Below, in pieces: positions 34,221-46,987 of a stretch of 55,501 nt of DNA; the first letter of the stretch is position 1; the number at the start of each line of letters is the position of its first letter. Under the pieces are notes generated by a model. That model was not told the origin of the DNA. It worked only from the letters and a program-made list of their open reading frames with translations, and ran no database searches. A program made the position numbers and the translations under genes. Source of the DNA: Bacteroidales bacterium (GTDB lineage: Bacteria > Bacteroidota > Bacteroidia > Bacteroidales > UBA1556); assembly GCA_015493685.1 (NCBI GenBank), contig WGCS01000114.1, positions 1 to 55,501 of the forward strand, read 5' to 3'.

Positions 34221-37200
34221 ATGATTAGTAAAGACAGATACAAGCCCACAAACAGCGTCCGAATTGTAACTGCTGCCAGTCTTTTTGACGGCCATGATGC
34301 AGCCATTAATGTGATGCGTAGATTAATTCAATCCACCGGTGCCGAAGTAATTCATCTGGGGCACAATCGCTCTGTACAAGAGATTGTAGATTGTGCTATC
34401 CAAGAAGATGTACAAGGAATAGCCCTTACCTCATACCAAGGTGGACATATTGAATTTTTTAAATATATGTACGATTTATTACAAGAAAGCGGCAACAGTC
34501 ATATCAAAATATATGGTGGCGGCGGCGGTGTAATATTGCCTGCGGAAATAAAGGAACTTATGGACTACGGCATCACTCGTATCTATTCTCCCGATGATGG
34601 ACGCTCAATGGGTTTACAAGGAATGATTAATGATTTGGTAAAAGGTTGCGACTTCCCCACAGGACAGAATATTGATTTTGGCATTGAGAACATTAAAGCC
34701 AAGGACATCAATAGTATTGCTCGTTTGATATCTGCAGTGGAGAACAATCCCAAAGCCGTATCAGCACTATCGAAACAAATAAAAACACTAGCCAACAAAT
34801 CCGATATTCCTGTTATTGGCATCACCGGTACAGGAGGAGCAGGTAAATCATCTTTGGAAGACGAACTCATCCGCAGATATTTAACTGATTTTCCTGAAAA
34901 AACTATCGCTATTATCTCTGTAGATCCTTCCAAACGCAAAACAGGAGGAGCATTATTAGGCGATCGTATTCGGATGAATGCCATTAACAACAGTCGCGTT
35001 TATATGCGGTCTCTAGCTACACGCCAATCCAATCTATCGGTATCGAAATACGTTCAAGATGCATTAGACATAGTAAAGGTAGCCGCTTTTGATCTTATCA
35101 TTCTTGAAACATCAGGTATTGGACAAAGCGATACGGAAATTACAGCTCATAGCGATATTGCAGCCTATGTAATGACACCAGATTATGGAGCCCCTACCCA
35201 ACTCGAAAAAATCGATATGCTAGATTTTGCGGATATCATTGCTCTCAATAAATTTGACAAGAGAGGTGCACTAGACTCTTTACGTGATGTAAAAAAACAA
35301 TATCAGCGCAATCATGATCTTTGGGATGAAGACCCCAATGATATGCCCGTATTTGGCACCATAGCCTCCCAATTCAACGACCTGGGTGTCAATGAATTTT
35401 ATCGAAATCTGATGAAATTAGTGAGTGAAAAGTCAGGAAAAGACTTTGCTTCTCATTTTGATCCGGAAGAAGAATTATCGGAGAAAATCCATATTATTCC
35501 ACCCCAACGTATTCGCTATCTCTCCGAAATTTCAGAGACAGTGCGAAATTATAATACATGGGCAGAAAAGCAAGCTGAGGAAATGCAAAAGCTTTATAGC
35601 ATTCACAAAACCTTAAAACTTTTACAAGAAGGGAAAGATGATACTTCCATAAAAAAACTCAAAGAGCTTTATGAAGATCAGCTTGATATAATTGACCGTA
35701 AGAATTTACGCATTATCAAAGGCTGGAAAGAGAAAGTTCACCGATACCAAAATCCGGTTTATATTTTTAAGGTAAGAAACAAAGAAATAAAGATAGAGAC
35801 TCATACCGAATCCTTATCCCATTTACAAATTCCAAAAGTATGCTTACCTAAATATAAAGCATGGGGTGATATCCTAAAATGGAATTTACTGGAGAATGTT
35901 CCCGGTGAATTTCCATTTGCTGCCGGAGTATTTCCCTTTAAGCGTGAGGGAGAAGATCCCACGCGAATGTTTGCAGGTGAAGGAGGACCTGAACGCACAA
36001 ACCGACGTTTTCATTATGTCTCCAAAGGATTGCCGGCAAAAAGACTTTCAACAGCTTTCGACTCAGTAACACTATATGGTAACGACCCCGATATTCGCCC
36101 CGACATATACGGTAAAATAGGCAATTCCGGAGTTTCCATAGCCTGTTTAGATGATGCCAAGAAACTCTATAGCGGCTTTAATTTGGCGAGTCCACTCACC
36201 TCTGTATCAATGACTATTAATGGCCCGGCACCTCATCTGGTAGGCTACTTTATGAATGCAGCCATTGATCAACAATGCGAAATTTATATCAAAGCGCATC
36301 ATCTGGAAGAAGAAGTTGAAAAAAAGATTGCTGCTATCTACAAACAAAAAGGAACAAAACGCCCATTTTATAATGGCAAACTCCCCGAAGGAAACGATGG
36401 CTTAGGACTAATGTTGCTAGGAGTAACCGGTGACATGGTGCTTCCTGATGATATATACCAAACTATTAAAACTCAAACCATTGCAGTAGTAAGAGGCACG
36501 GTACAAGCAGACATCCTTAAGGAAGACCAAGCCCAAAATACCTGCATCTTCTCCACCGATTTCTCCTTAAAACTTATGGGTGATATCCAGGAATATTTTA
36601 TTCAGAATAAGGTGCGTAATTTCTATTCTGTTTCCATCTCAGGCTACCATATTGCTGAAGCCGGTGCCAATCCTATATCCCAATTAGCGTTTACCCTTTC
36701 CAATGGATTTACTTATGTGGAATACTATTTAAGCAGGGGTTTAAGCATTGATGATTTTGCTCCCAATTTATCTTTCTTCTTTAGCAATGGTATTGACCCC
36801 GAATTTTCAGTAATTGGTCGAGTAGCCCGCTTAATATGGGCCAAGACCATTAAACTTAAATATGGTGGCAACGAACGTTCACAAAAACTAAAATACCACA
36901 TTCAAACTTCCGGACGTTCACTCCATGCCCAAGAAATTGATTTTAATGATATTAGAACAACATTGCAAGCACTCTATGCCATCTACGACAATTGCAACTC
37001 GCTACATACCAATGCCTACGACGAAGCCATTACTACGCCAACAGAAGAATCAGTACGTCGTGCTATGGCTATACAAATGATTATCAACCATGAACTTGGC
37101 CTGGCAAAAAATCAAAATCCTTTGCAGGGTGCTTTTATTATTGAAGAATTAACAGCATTAGTAGAAGAAGCTGTTATGGCCGAATTTGATCGCATTACCG

Positions 37201-37592
37201 AGAGAGGCGGCGTACTGGGAGCCATGGAAACAAATTATCAGAGGGGAAAAATACAAGAAGAATCCTTGTATTACGAAACCTTAAAACATACCGGAAAACT
37301 CCCCATTATGGGCGTTAATACTTTCCTCTCCTCCAAAGGCTCACCAACAGTAACCCCGGGTGAAGTCATTAGAGCCACCGAAGAAGAAAAACAATTTCAA
37401 ATAAGCATGCTGGCCAATCTGCAGAAGCATTATAAAAAAGAATCTGCTATATGGTGTCAGAGGCTTAAGGATTCTGCCGCCAACAACGAAAATGTTTTTT
37501 CCATATTAATGGAAGCAGCTAAATATTGTTCCATAGGTCAAATTACCACTTCCCTCTTTAATGTTGGGGGCCAATATCGAAGGAATATGTAA
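34221..37592 (+). CDS. icmF: Fused isobutyryl-CoA mutase: B12-binding domain, MeaB-like G-protein and mutase catalytic domain
   Basis: N-terminal [11 protein letters not shown]12-binding region. P-loop [13 protein letters not shown] with NKFD. C-terminal methylmalonyl-CoA-mutase-like TIM barrel ([27 protein letters not shown]). Confidence 0.9.
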   Translation: MISKDRYKPTNSVRIVTAASLFDGHDAAINVMRRLIQSTGAEVIHLGHNRSVQEIVDCAIQEDVQGIALTSYQGGHIEFFKYMYDLLQESGNSHIKIYGGGGGVILPAEIKELMDYGITRIYSPDDGRSMGLQGMINDLVKGCDFPTGQNIDFGIENIKAKDINSIARLISAVENNPKAVSALSKQIKTLANKSDIPVIGITGTGGAGKSSLEDELIRRYLTDFPEKTIAIISVDPSKRKTGGALLGDRIRMNAINNSRVYMRSLATRQSNLSVSKYVQDALDIVKVAAFDLIILETSGIGQSDTEITAHSDIAAYVMTPDYGAPTQLEKIDMLDFADIIALNKFDKRGALDSLRDVKKQYQRNHDLWDEDPNDMPVFGTIASQFNDLGVNEFYRNLMKLVSEKSGKDFASHFDPEEELSEKIHIIPPQRIRYLSEISETVRNYNTWAEKQAEEMQKLYSIHKTLKLLQEGKDDTSIKKLKELYEDQLDIIDRKNLRIIKGWKEKVHRYQNPVYIFKVRNKEIKIETHTESLSHLQIPKVCLPKYKAWGDILKWNLLENVPGEFPFAAGVFPFKREGEDPTRMFAGEGGPERTNRRFHYVSKGLPAKRLSTAFDSVTLYGNDPDIRPDIYGKIGNSGVSIACLDDAKKLYSGFNLASPLTSVSMTINGPAPHLVGYFMNAAIDQQCEIYIKAHHLEEEVEKKIAAIYKQKGTKRPFYNGKLPEGNDGLGLMLLGVTGDMVLPDDIYQTIKTQTIAVVRGTVQADILKEDQAQNTCIFSTDFSLKLMGDIQEYFIQNKVRNFYSVSISGYHIAEAGANPISQLAFTLSNGFTYVEYYLSRGLSIDDFAPNLSFFFSNGIDPEFSVIGRVARLIWAKTIKLKYGGNERSQKLKYHIQTSGRSLHAQEIDFNDIRTTLQALYAIYDNCNSLHTNAYDEAITTPTEESVRRAMAIQMIINHELGLAKNQNPLQGAFIIEELTALVEEAVMAEFDRITERGGVLGAMETNYQRGKIQEESLYYETLKHTGKLPIMGVNTFLSSKGSPTVTPGEVIRATEEEKQFQISMLANLQKHYKKESAIWCQRLKDSAANNENVFSILMEAAKYCSIGQITTSLFNVGGQYRRNM

Positions 37593-37689
37593 TGAGCCAA
37601 AAAACAAAAAGTTTATCCGTTAATCTAAGGATTAAATTGGCTTAACAAAATAAGTGCTCACTTTGTTAAGGGGCAAGCACTTAAAAGAT

Positions 37690-37721
37690 AAAGCCCTCTC
37701 GAAAAATTTCGAGAGGGCTTT
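37690..37721. terminator. Bidirectional intrinsic terminator between icmF and groEL
   Basis: The perfect palindrome aaagccctctcgaaa aa tttcgagagggcttt has a GC-rich stem core with A/T runs on both sides. Confidence 0.85.
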
Positions 37722-37750
37722 ATTATTAGCATTAATCTTTCCTAGAGAGA

Positions 37751-39430
<1,680 letters not shown>

Positions 39431-39709
39431 TTAAACAATCGCCAAAATATCATTTTGGTTTAAAATAAGAAATTCATTTCCTTGGTCAGATACTTTAGTA
39501 CCGGCAAACTTGCTATACAGTACAGTCTCTCCAACTTTGACTTCCATTTTCTCGCTCTCAGTACCATTACCAACAGCAACAACCACAGCTTTTTGTGGTT
39601 TCTCTTGGGCTGAATCCGGTATAATAATTCCCGAAGCTGTTTTCTGCTCAGCGGCAACAATCTCTACCAAAACACGAGCACCTAAGGGTTTTATATTTGT
39701 TTTCGACAT
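39431..39709 (-). CDS. groS: Co-chaperonin GroES
   Basis: IKPLGARVLV ... SGIIIPDSAQEKP ... 92 aa, immediately upstream of groEL. Confidence 0.97.
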   Translation of the reverse strand: MSKTNIKPLGARVLVEIVAAEQKTASGIIIPDSAQEKPQKAVVVAVGNGTESEKMEVKVGETVLYSKFAGTKVSDQGNEFLILNQNDILAIV

Positions 39710-39742
39710 CCTTAAAATGTATTTTTGGGTTAAACATTAAAT

Positions 39743-39758
39743 TATCGCAACTGCGATA
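39743..39758 (-). promoter_or_regulatory. Perfect 7+7 inverted repeat TATCGCA-AC-TGCGATA in the groES leader (candidate operator or 5' UTR hairpin)
   Basis: Seen directly. It sits between a TAnnTTTG-like box (39772-39779, minus strand) and the groES start at 39709. Confidence 0.35.
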
Positions 39759-39771
39759 GCTAATTTTATAC

Positions 39772-39779
39772 CAAAAGTA
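39772..39779 (-). promoter_or_regulatory. Candidate Bacteroidota -7 promoter box (TACTTTTG) for groES-groEL
   Basis: The minus-strand reading TACTTTTG matches TAnnTTTG. It lies just downstream of the secG terminator and about 60 nt upstream of the groES ATG. Confidence 0.4.
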
Positions 39780-39790
39780 ATTATAAAAAA

Positions 39791-39821
39791 AAATGTCAGA
39801 ATGTATGACATTCTGACATTT
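39791..39821 (-). terminator. Intrinsic terminator after secG
   Basis: aaatgtcagaatgt / atg / acattctgacattt forms a 14-bp perfect stem, followed on the minus strand by a T-run (TTTTTTATAA). Confidence 0.8.
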
Positions 39822-39844
39822 TTCAATAGAAAGTATCTATTTCT

Positions 39845-40216
39845 TTATTTTGTTGGCAGGGCTTCACCTTGATCTTTAGCAGCTCCCTTTTCGTTACCCG
39901 CAGCCTGACCTTCAAAGTTAGCAGGTAAAGCATTGGCATTATTTTTTATATATTCTATTTCTGAATTCTCATTTGTCTGTACAACAGTTTTATCATTCAT
40001 CACAAAAACAGTAGAAAGAGAGAGCACCAACAAGGCAACAGCCAATGTCCAAGTAGCTTTTTCCATAAAGTCGGTAGTTCTTTTTACTCCCATCACTTGA
40101 TTTCCACCTGAGAACGTTGAAGTAAGTCCACCGCCCTTAGAATTCTGTGCTAATACTACAATTATCATAAGAATACTTACGATAAAAATCAAAACTGCGA
40201 TAATATATAAACCCAT
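39845..40216 (-). CDS. secG: Preprotein translocase subunit SecG
   Basis: MGLYIIAVLIFIVSILMIIVVLAQNSKGGGL, a second TM helix and a low-complexity tail. Confidence 0.85.
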   Translation of the reverse strand: MGLYIIAVLIFIVSILMIIVVLAQNSKGGGLTSTFSGGNQVMGVKRTTDFMEKATWTLAVALLVLSLSTVFVMNDKTVVQTNENSEIEYIKNNANALPANFEGQAAGNEKGAAKDQGEALPTK

Positions 40217-40234
40217 TTTGTACTATTTTAATTG

Positions 40235-41095
40235 TTAATCTTTTAGTTTAGAAATTCGGGCTGCAAAGTAAGTGCTTTTTTCTGGATAAATCAAAATTAA
40301 TTTTTTATAAATTTTGATTGCCTTAGCCTTATAACCTTGTTTCAAATATAATTCAGCCATTGTTTCGGAAACAATATCGTAGGACTCTTCCACGCTATGC
40401 TTTGCCAAGTCTGCTTCCGCCTGATAATCCTTGTCTTCAGGACTATTAATTTTGGGGCTTTTTTTAATAAAACTTTCAATAATACTTAATGCCGAACCCC
40501 TGTCAATAGGCTCAATTTCTTTGGCAGTTTCTGCCCTTGGCGTAGTTTTACTTAGCTTAGCCTTGGCCGGATTTATTAAATCAACTTCTTGTTTATCTTC
40601 CTGTTTATGACTTACAATTGTCTCCGGCTTTTGGCCTTTCGACTTATTATATTCTATTTCTTTCAAGCGTTTATTCACCTCAGCCATCAATTCTGCCTTC
40701 GTTTTTATTGGCTCTCCATTCTCTGCTTTAAGGGATTCAGGTTTCTGGGGTTTTTCTACTACTTTGAGCGATTGTTTTACTTTGGCTACAATTGGTTTTG
40801 AAATCTTATTTTTATTATCCTCTTTATATTTTACAGGCTTAACGACTAAGTTGTTGGAATACTCAGGATACAAATAGTTAAAAAGCACTTCGCGACTGTA
40901 AACTATACTGGCAACTTGTGCCAAATCAGACTTATATCCGGCCTCTTTGTTTTGGTGAATAGCTTTTAGAGTCATCATTGCTGCCAACTGAAAATACGGA
41001 TATTCTTGTCGTATTTTCCTTAAATCTTCAAGTTCGGCAGCCCTGTACTCCACCGATTGTTGATTTATAATTTGATAAAATCGTTGTAAATTCAT
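40235..41095 (-). CDS. Conserved hypothetical protein with a Lys/Glu-rich middle and a C-terminal TPR-like helix pair
   Basis: No catalytic motif. The C-terminus reads AELYLKQGYKAKAIKIYKKLILIYPEKSTYF. It occupies the lptE-x-secG slot. Confidence 0.5.
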   Translation of the reverse strand: MNLQRFYQIINQQSVEYRAAELEDLRKIRQEYPYFQLAAMMTLKAIHQNKEAGYKSDLAQVASIVYSREVLFNYLYPEYSNNLVVKPVKYKEDNKNKISKPIVAKVKQSLKVVEKPQKPESLKAENGEPIKTKAELMAEVNKRLKEIEYNKSKGQKPETIVSHKQEDKQEVDLINPAKAKLSKTTPRAETAKEIEPIDRGSALSIIESFIKKSPKINSPEDKDYQAEADLAKHSVEESYDIVSETMAELYLKQGYKAKAIKIYKKLILIYPEKSTYFAARISKLKD

Positions 41096-41096
41096 A

Positions 41097-41609
41097 TTAC
41101 CAGTTTAATAACGCTCTATTAAATATATCTTGCACCATCCTTTCTATAATCGTACTAACTAAATCTCCTTCCACTGCAGCAAAATTCTGAGATGCATCGT
41201 AATCCTGAAAGCCGGTAAAATCTTGCTCAAAAGATTCTTCTTCGTTAAGTGTATTAACAAATTTCACATTAATAGTAATACTTAATCTATTTAATGCTGC
41301 TTGCTCATTACCCTGAATAGCCATGGCAGTAGTATAGTAATTAACAATGGCGCCACTCAACTGTAATTGACCATTTTGCTTTACCAATTGTAATTTTGTT
41401 TGCCCCACAAACTCATCTCTAAGTGCCTGGGTAAACTCTTGACTTAATACCGGATTTATTAAACTTGCCTTATTGGGGAAATAATCAATAGTGATTGTCT
41501 TAGCAGTAATTGGAGCCCCGGTAAAACTATAATTTATAGAACAGGATTGCAAATTCAGCATAAAGAACGTCAACAAAACTACTACTATTATATGATAAGG
41601 TCTTTTCAC
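41097..41609 (-). CDS. lptE: LptE-family LPS-assembly lipoprotein
   Basis: Lipobox LNLQSC followed by SINYSFTG, ~170 aa. Assigned from the N-terminal motif and position (the lptE-x-secG order named in the summary, recalled from other Bacteroidota). Confidence 0.65.
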   Translation of the reverse strand: MKRPYHIIVVVLLTFFMLNLQSCSINYSFTGAPITAKTITIDYFPNKASLINPVLSQEFTQALRDEFVGQTKLQLVKQNGQLQLSGAIVNYYTTAMAIQGNEQAALNRLSITINVKFVNTLNEEESFEQDFTGFQDYDASQNFAAVEGDLVSTIIERMVQDIFNRALLNW

Positions 41610-41620
41610 AGCTGCTATTC

Positions 41621-42871
41621 TTAGGAGATATTATATTCTTTAATTTTTCGGTATAATGTTCTCTCAGAAATGCCCAGTTCGTCAGCAGCAATCTTCCGTT
41701 TACCATTATGTTTTTTTAAAGCTCTTTTGATAAGCTCAATTTCTTTATCCTGCAAGGAGAGTGATTCTTCAAGCATCTCAGGTTCCTGAATAGAATCTTC
41801 AAAGCCACTGTTAATAACATGAGGTTCCGAAGAGGCCTCAAACTTAAGGGGATAAATTTGACCCACCGCATCAATATCATTCACTTTATCATTTAAAACA
41901 TCTTTTACAATTTCCATGTCAGAAGGATGTAAATGCGCCGACAAATTTTCATTTTTAATCATTTTACCCACCAGCTGTTTCAAATCGGTAACATCACGCT
42001 TCATTTCAAACAACACCTTATATAGTAGGTCTCGCTCACTTAACTTGCTATTATTGGGGTCGTGAAAAAGTACAGGGAGACGTGTTGAATAATCCTGGGG
42101 CAGATATCTTGAGAGAACTTCACTATCGATTACCCTCTCTTTCTCTATAATTGCAATTTGTTCAGTAATATTCTTTAGTTGCCGTACATTACCTTTCCAA
42201 CGATAATTAATTAATAAGGTTCTGGCATCTTCGGTTAGCTGAAGTGTAGGCATTCTATATTTCTCTGCAAAATCAGTGGCGAATTTTCTAAATAATAAAA
42301 AGACATCTTCCTTACGTTCACGCAAAGAAGGCACATGAATGGGGACCGTATTTAATCGATAATAAAGATCTTCTCTAAACTTTCCATCCTCTATTGCCTT
42401 AGGTATATCAACATTGGTGGCCGCAACAATACGCACATTTGTTTTAATAACTTTGGAAGAACCAACACGAATAAATTCACCACTTTCCAACACACGCAAA
42501 AGACGAGCCTGAGTTGATAGAGGCAATTCCGCAACTTCATCAAGGAATATGGTGCCTCCATTGGCAACTTCAAAGTAGCCCTTGCGACTATCTATAGCCC
42601 CGGTAAAAGAGCCCTTTTCATGACCAAAAAGTTCAGAATCTATGGTGCCATCCGGAATTGCACCACAGTTAACTGCAATATAGTTACCATGTTTCCATGC
42701 GCTCAACTGATGAATTATTTTAGGAAACACCTCCTTACCTACTCCACTCTCACCAGTAATAAGCACCGTAAGATCGGTAGGCGCAACTTGCATGGCAATT
42801 TCAATTGCTCTATTCAGCACCTCCGAATTACCAATTATTCCAAATCGTTGTTTGATAGATTGTAACTCCAT
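41621..42871 (-). CDS. Sigma-54-dependent enhancer-binding protein without an N-terminal sensory domain
   Basis: The AAA+ core starts at about residue 10 (IIGNSEVL ... TGESGVGKE ... GHEKGSFTGA ... GGTIFLDE). The C-terminal Fis-type HTH reads AADELGISERTLYRKIKEY. Confidence 0.9.
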   Translation of the reverse strand: MELQSIKQRFGIIGNSEVLNRAIEIAMQVAPTDLTVLITGESGVGKEVFPKIIHQLSAWKHGNYIAVNCGAIPDGTIDSELFGHEKGSFTGAIDSRKGYFEVANGGTIFLDEVAELPLSTQARLLRVLESGEFIRVGSSKVIKTNVRIVAATNVDIPKAIEDGKFREDLYYRLNTVPIHVPSLRERKEDVFLLFRKFATDFAEKYRMPTLQLTEDARTLLINYRWKGNVRQLKNITEQIAIIEKERVIDSEVLSRYLPQDYSTRLPVLFHDPNNSKLSERDLLYKVLFEMKRDVTDLKQLVGKMIKNENLSAHLHPSDMEIVKDVLNDKVNDIDAVGQIYPLKFEASSEPHVINSGFEDSIQEPEMLEESLSLQDKEIELIKRALKKHNGKRKIAADELGISERTLYRKIKEYNIS

Positions 42872-43276
42872 ATTTACCTTTGATAATTATAGCAACAAAA
42901 ATACAAAAAATGCGTGTTCCTATTAAGAAGATTTTACATGCGCCATTTTAGCATTTATTTTTAGCAATACAACAAAAATACGCTTTCGCTATTACAATAT
43001 ACATCCCTTGACAATACACTTCCTATTTTGGTGAATTATCGTCTATAAACTTGTTCTTATTTTATTACAATGTCCTTTCACCAAGAATAATACTATGCAA
43101 AACTCGAACTATTATCCACTCTATATAAATTTAAAAATGCAATTCATAAAAACAAATAAATAAGATATAAAGCTTTGATTATCCGCATATTAATTATAAT
43201 ATATTAATTAAAATAAGCAAGATATAAATAACTAATTATTATCATTTTTAATATCCATACAAACCAATGCTTTTTG

Positions 43277-43284
43277 TATCTTTG
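43277..43284 (+). promoter_or_regulatory. Candidate -7 promoter box (TATCTTTG) for the suf operon
   Basis: Matches TAnnTTTG, 36 nt upstream of the sufB ATG. No clear -33 TTTG element was seen. Confidence 0.35.
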
Positions 43285-43319
43285 CCTCGCTATTTAAAAT
43301 TAATCTAAATAAGGAAATA

Positions 43320-44768
43320 ATGGCAAAAGACGAACATAAAATTATTGGAGAAGTCACCACAACAGACTATAAATACGGCTTTGTTTCCGATATTGAAACC
43401 GATAGTATTTCCATGGGACTCAATGAGGACGTTGTCCGTTTAATTTCTCAGAAGAAAAACGAACCTGAATGGTTGTTAAAGTTCAGGCTAAAAGCATACC
43501 GCAAATGGCTAAGCATGACAGAACCTAATTGGGCCCACCTTAAAATACCGGAAATAAATTTTCAGGATATAATATATTATGCTGCCCCTAAGAAGAAAAA
43601 GGAATTGCAAAGCATGGACGAAGTAGATCCTGAATTAGTGGATACTTTTAATAAACTGGGGATATCATTGGAAGAGCAAAAAGTACTTTCAGGAGTAGCC
43701 GTTGATGCAGTTATCGACAGTGTATCAGTAAAAACCACCTTCTCGGATACTCTAGCAGAAAAGGGCATTATATTTATGTCCTTTAGCGAAGCAGTGCAAC
43801 AGCACCCTGAGTTGGTAAAAAAATATTTAGGCTCGGTGGTTCCCATTGGCGACAATTATTTTGCCGCTCTTAATTCTGCTGTATTTAGCGATGGCTCATT
43901 CTGTTATATTCCCAAAGGAGTACGATCACCTGTGGAATTGAGTACCTATTTTAGAATTAACGCAGCCAATACGGGTCAATTTGAACGAACATTAATTATT
44001 GCTGACGAAGGAGCCTATGTTAGCTATCTCGAAGGCTGTACCGCTCCTCAACGAGACGAAAACCAGCTCCATGCAGCCATAGTAGAGATTATCGCCCACA
44101 AAGATGGAGAAGTAAAATACAGTACTGTTCAAAACTGGTATCCAGGTAATAAAGAGGGAAAAGGAGGAATATTTAATTTCGTTACCAAAAGAGGACTCTG
44201 CGAAGGAGATCGCTCCAAAATATCATGGACACAAGTAGAAACAGGTTCTGCCATTACGTGGAAATATCCAAGCTGCATCCTTAAAGGCGACAATTCCGTA
44301 GGCGAATTTTATTCGGTGGCCGTTACCAATAATTATCAGCAAGCTGATACCGGTTCCAAAATGATTCATTTGGGAAAAAACACAAGGAGTACTATCATCT
44401 CAAAAGGAATATCAGCAGGAAAAAGTCACAATAGCTACAGAGGATTGGTAAAGGTAAATGCCAAAGCCGATAATGCGCGGAATTTTTCGCAATGTGATAG
44501 TTTGTTGTTGAGCGATACCTGCGGAGCGCATACTTTTCCCTATATCGAAACCAGCAACCCAACAGCCATAGTTGAACACGAGGCCACCACTTCTAAAATA
44601 TCTGATGCACAATTATTTTACTGTCAACAGAGAGGCATCAGCCCCGAAAAATCCATTGCTCTTATCGTCAATGGATATGCCAAAGAGGTATTAAATAAAT
44701 TGCCTATGGAGTTTGCGGTAGAGGCACAAAAGCTTTTATCTATCAGCTTAGAAAACAGTGTAGGATAA
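43320..44768 (+). CDS. sufB: Fe-S cluster assembly scaffold SufB
   Basis: 482 aa. YKYGF ... [23 protein letters not shown] ... typical SufB beta-helix. First gene of sufBCDSE. Confidence 0.95.
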   Translation: MAKDEHKIIGEVTTTDYKYGFVSDIETDSISMGLNEDVVRLISQKKNEPEWLLKFRLKAYRKWLSMTEPNWAHLKIPEINFQDIIYYAAPKKKKELQSMDEVDPELVDTFNKLGISLEEQKVLSGVAVDAVIDSVSVKTTFSDTLAEKGIIFMSFSEAVQQHPELVKKYLGSVVPIGDNYFAALNSAVFSDGSFCYIPKGVRSPVELSTYFRINAANTGQFERTLIIADEGAYVSYLEGCTAPQRDENQLHAAIVEIIAHKDGEVKYSTVQNWYPGNKEGKGGIFNFVTKRGLCEGDRSKISWTQVETGSAITWKYPSCILKGDNSVGEFYSVAVTNNYQQADTGSKMIHLGKNTRSTIISKGISAGKSHNSYRGLVKVNAKADNARNFSQCDSLLLSDTCGAHTFPYIETSNPTAIVEHEATTSKISDAQLFYCQQRGISPEKSIALIVNGYAKEVLNKLPMEFAVEAQKLLSISLENSVG

Positions 44769-44807
44769 CTAAATTATTAAGAAACAAGAAAATAAATATT
44801 ATATATC

Positions 44808-45563
44808 ATGTTAAAAATTAAAGATTTACATGTAAGCGTGCAAGGCAAAGAGATCATCAATGGATTAAACCTTGAAGTTAATAAAGGAGAAGTGCACGCT
44901 ATAATGGGACCCAACGGTACCGGCAAAAGTACTTTAGCCTCGGTAATTGCAGGCAACGAAAGTTATGAAGTTACCCAAGGAGAAATTAGCTATAACGGAA
45001 AAAACCTTTTGGAATTATCCATAGAAGATAGAGCTAGAGAAGGAATATTTCTGGGATTTCAGTATCCTGTAGAGATTCCCGGAGTAAGCATGACAAATTT
45101 TATGCGTACAGCACTGGATGAAATAAGAGAATACCGTGGTCAAGAACCTCTTTCTGCAGCTGCATTCTTAAAATATATGAAAGAGAAAAAAGCCTTGGTA
45201 GAAATGAATGCCAAACTTAATAACCGCTCAGTAAACGAAGGCTTCTCCGGAGGAGAGAAGAAAAAGAATGAGATATTTCAGATGGCAATGCTAGAACCAA
45301 AATTAGCCATCTTAGACGAAACTGATTCGGGACTCGACATTGATGCATTACGTATTGTTGCCAATGGAGTTACCAAATTAAAATCACCGGAGAATGCTAC
45401 CATAGTAATTACACACTATCAACGACTATTGGATTATATTGTACCTGATTTTGTGCATGTAATGTATGATGGCAAAATAGTAAAAACCGGCGATAAATCG
45501 CTCGCTTTAAAATTAGAAGAGAAAGGATACGACTGGATTAAAGAAGAACTGAAAGCCAAGTAA
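44808..45563 (+). CDS. sufC: Fe-S cluster assembly ATPase SufC
   Basis: Walker A GPNGTGKST, signature FSGGEKKK and Walker B LAILDETDSGLD. Confidence 0.97.
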   Translation: MLKIKDLHVSVQGKEIINGLNLEVNKGEVHAIMGPNGTGKSTLASVIAGNESYEVTQGEISYNGKNLLELSIEDRAREGIFLGFQYPVEIPGVSMTNFMRTALDEIREYRGQEPLSAAAFLKYMKEKKALVEMNAKLNNRSVNEGFSGGEKKKNEIFQMAMLEPKLAILDETDSGLDIDALRIVANGVTKLKSPENATIVITHYQRLLDYIVPDFVHVMYDGKIVKTGDKSLALKLEEKGYDWIKEELKAK

Positions 45564-45564
45564 A

Positions 45565-46983
45565 ATGAGCAAGAATAAAACTGAAATAGCGCCACAACTC
45601 AAGGAAGACTTATTGCATCAATTTGAAGCAACTATCGATTCTTTTGAGGCCAAAGAGAGTCCCTTTTTCGTTGAAAAACGTAAAAAGGCTTACGAAGAGT
45701 TTAAACTATTGGGGTTTCCTGACAATACGTTAGAGTCATGGCGAAAAACTAATCTCAAACCATTTTTGGAAAGAGCTTATGATATAGAATATCTGCCGGC
45801 GAAAACTACTTCACCAAAAGAATCTATTTTCCAATGCGATATTAATCAATTCGACACCGACTTATATACCATGCTCAATGGGGAATGGATTGAAGGAGCC
45901 AATGGTGTTACTACCTACGATAACGGAACTATCGTTGCCAATTTAAGTATTGCAAAACTTGCTTTTCCCGACCTGTTTAAAGCACACTATGGCGAATGTG
46001 TTATCAATGAACGCAATGGACTTATAGCATTGAACAGCGCCCTTTATCAAGAAGGATACTTTATTTATGTACCTGACAATGTAGAACATAATACGAATCT
46101 ACAAATGGTAAACATTATCAATAGCGAACAAAGTATATTTACAAATACTCGCAACTTGGTAATATTAGGTAAAAATGCCAAACTCAAATTAGTACATTGT
46201 GACGACTCTATTAATAATAACTCCAGCTTTATTAATAATGTAACGGAGATTTGTCTGCAAGAAGGGGCAGACTTAGACTTATATAAGTTGCAAAATAAGG
46301 ATGATGAGGCAATTGTTATGACAAGTACATTTATCCGTCAGGCAAAAGATTCAAACCTAAGTTCCAACACAATCGTCCTCAATGGCGGACTAATACGCAA
46401 CGATACTCACGTAAGCTTAAATGGCCGTGGGGCCAATGCTGATGTTATGGGATTATACCTTGTAGATAGAAAGCAAATTGTTGATAATCACGTATATATA
46501 TCGCATAACGTTTCCAACTGTAGTAGCAAGCAAGTATTTAAAGGCATTGTTGACGATCAGGCACATTCGATATTTAATGGACATACCATGGTAAAACAGG
46601 ATGCCCAACAAACGATAGCATTTCAGAACAATAATAATATTCAACTTACCACTAAATCAAAAATTGACACCCATCCATTTTTAGAGATTTATGCCGATGA
46701 TGTAAAATGCAGCCATGGTGCAACAGTGGGCCAGCTAGATATGGAAGCTATGTTTTACCTTATGCAAAGAGGAATATGTGAACGTAATGCCCGAATGCTT
46801 CTTATGAGTGCCTTTGTACGACAAATCATCAATGAAATCGCGCTACCAACTATGCGTGCCAGCGTTGATGAACTTGTACAAAAACGACTAAAAGGAGAGC
46901 TTAGCGCCTGTGAGCAATGTTCCATACAATGTATTGATCCCGACAAACCTATTCATTTTGATATAGATATAAGTAAAATATAA
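45565..46983 (+). CDS. sufD: Fe-S cluster assembly protein SufD
   Basis: SufB/D-family beta-helix with the C-terminal VKCSHGATVGQLD ... FYLMQRG block. It starts 1 nt after sufC. Confidence 0.9.
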   Translation: MSKNKTEIAPQLKEDLLHQFEATIDSFEAKESPFFVEKRKKAYEEFKLLGFPDNTLESWRKTNLKPFLERAYDIEYLPAKTTSPKESIFQCDINQFDTDLYTMLNGEWIEGANGVTTYDNGTIVANLSIAKLAFPDLFKAHYGECVINERNGLIALNSALYQEGYFIYVPDNVEHNTNLQMVNIINSEQSIFTNTRNLVILGKNAKLKLVHCDDSINNNSSFINNVTEICLQEGADLDLYKLQNKDDEAIVMTSTFIRQAKDSNLSSNTIVLNGGLIRNDTHVSLNGRGANADVMGLYLVDRKQIVDNHVYISHNVSNCSSKQVFKGIVDDQAHSIFNGHTMVKQDAQQTIAFQNNNNIQLTTKSKIDTHPFLEIYADDVKCSHGATVGQLDMEAMFYLMQRGICERNARMLLMSAFVRQIINEIALPTMRASVDELVQKRLKGELSACEQCSIQCIDPDKPIHFDIDISKI

Positions 46984-46987
46984 AATC

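Noticed and set aside
39710-39790. CIRCE element upstream of groES.
   Set aside because: TTAGCACTC-N9-GAGTGCTAA is absent. The palindrome that is present is reported separately as an unrelated candidate operator.
42991-43071. Repeated ATTACAAT / ACAATA motifs upstream of sufB as a regulator-binding array.
   Set aside because: 8-mers of this composition are expected to recur by chance in about 450 bp of very AT-rich DNA. Only the 12-mer repeat was kept, as a low-interest observation.
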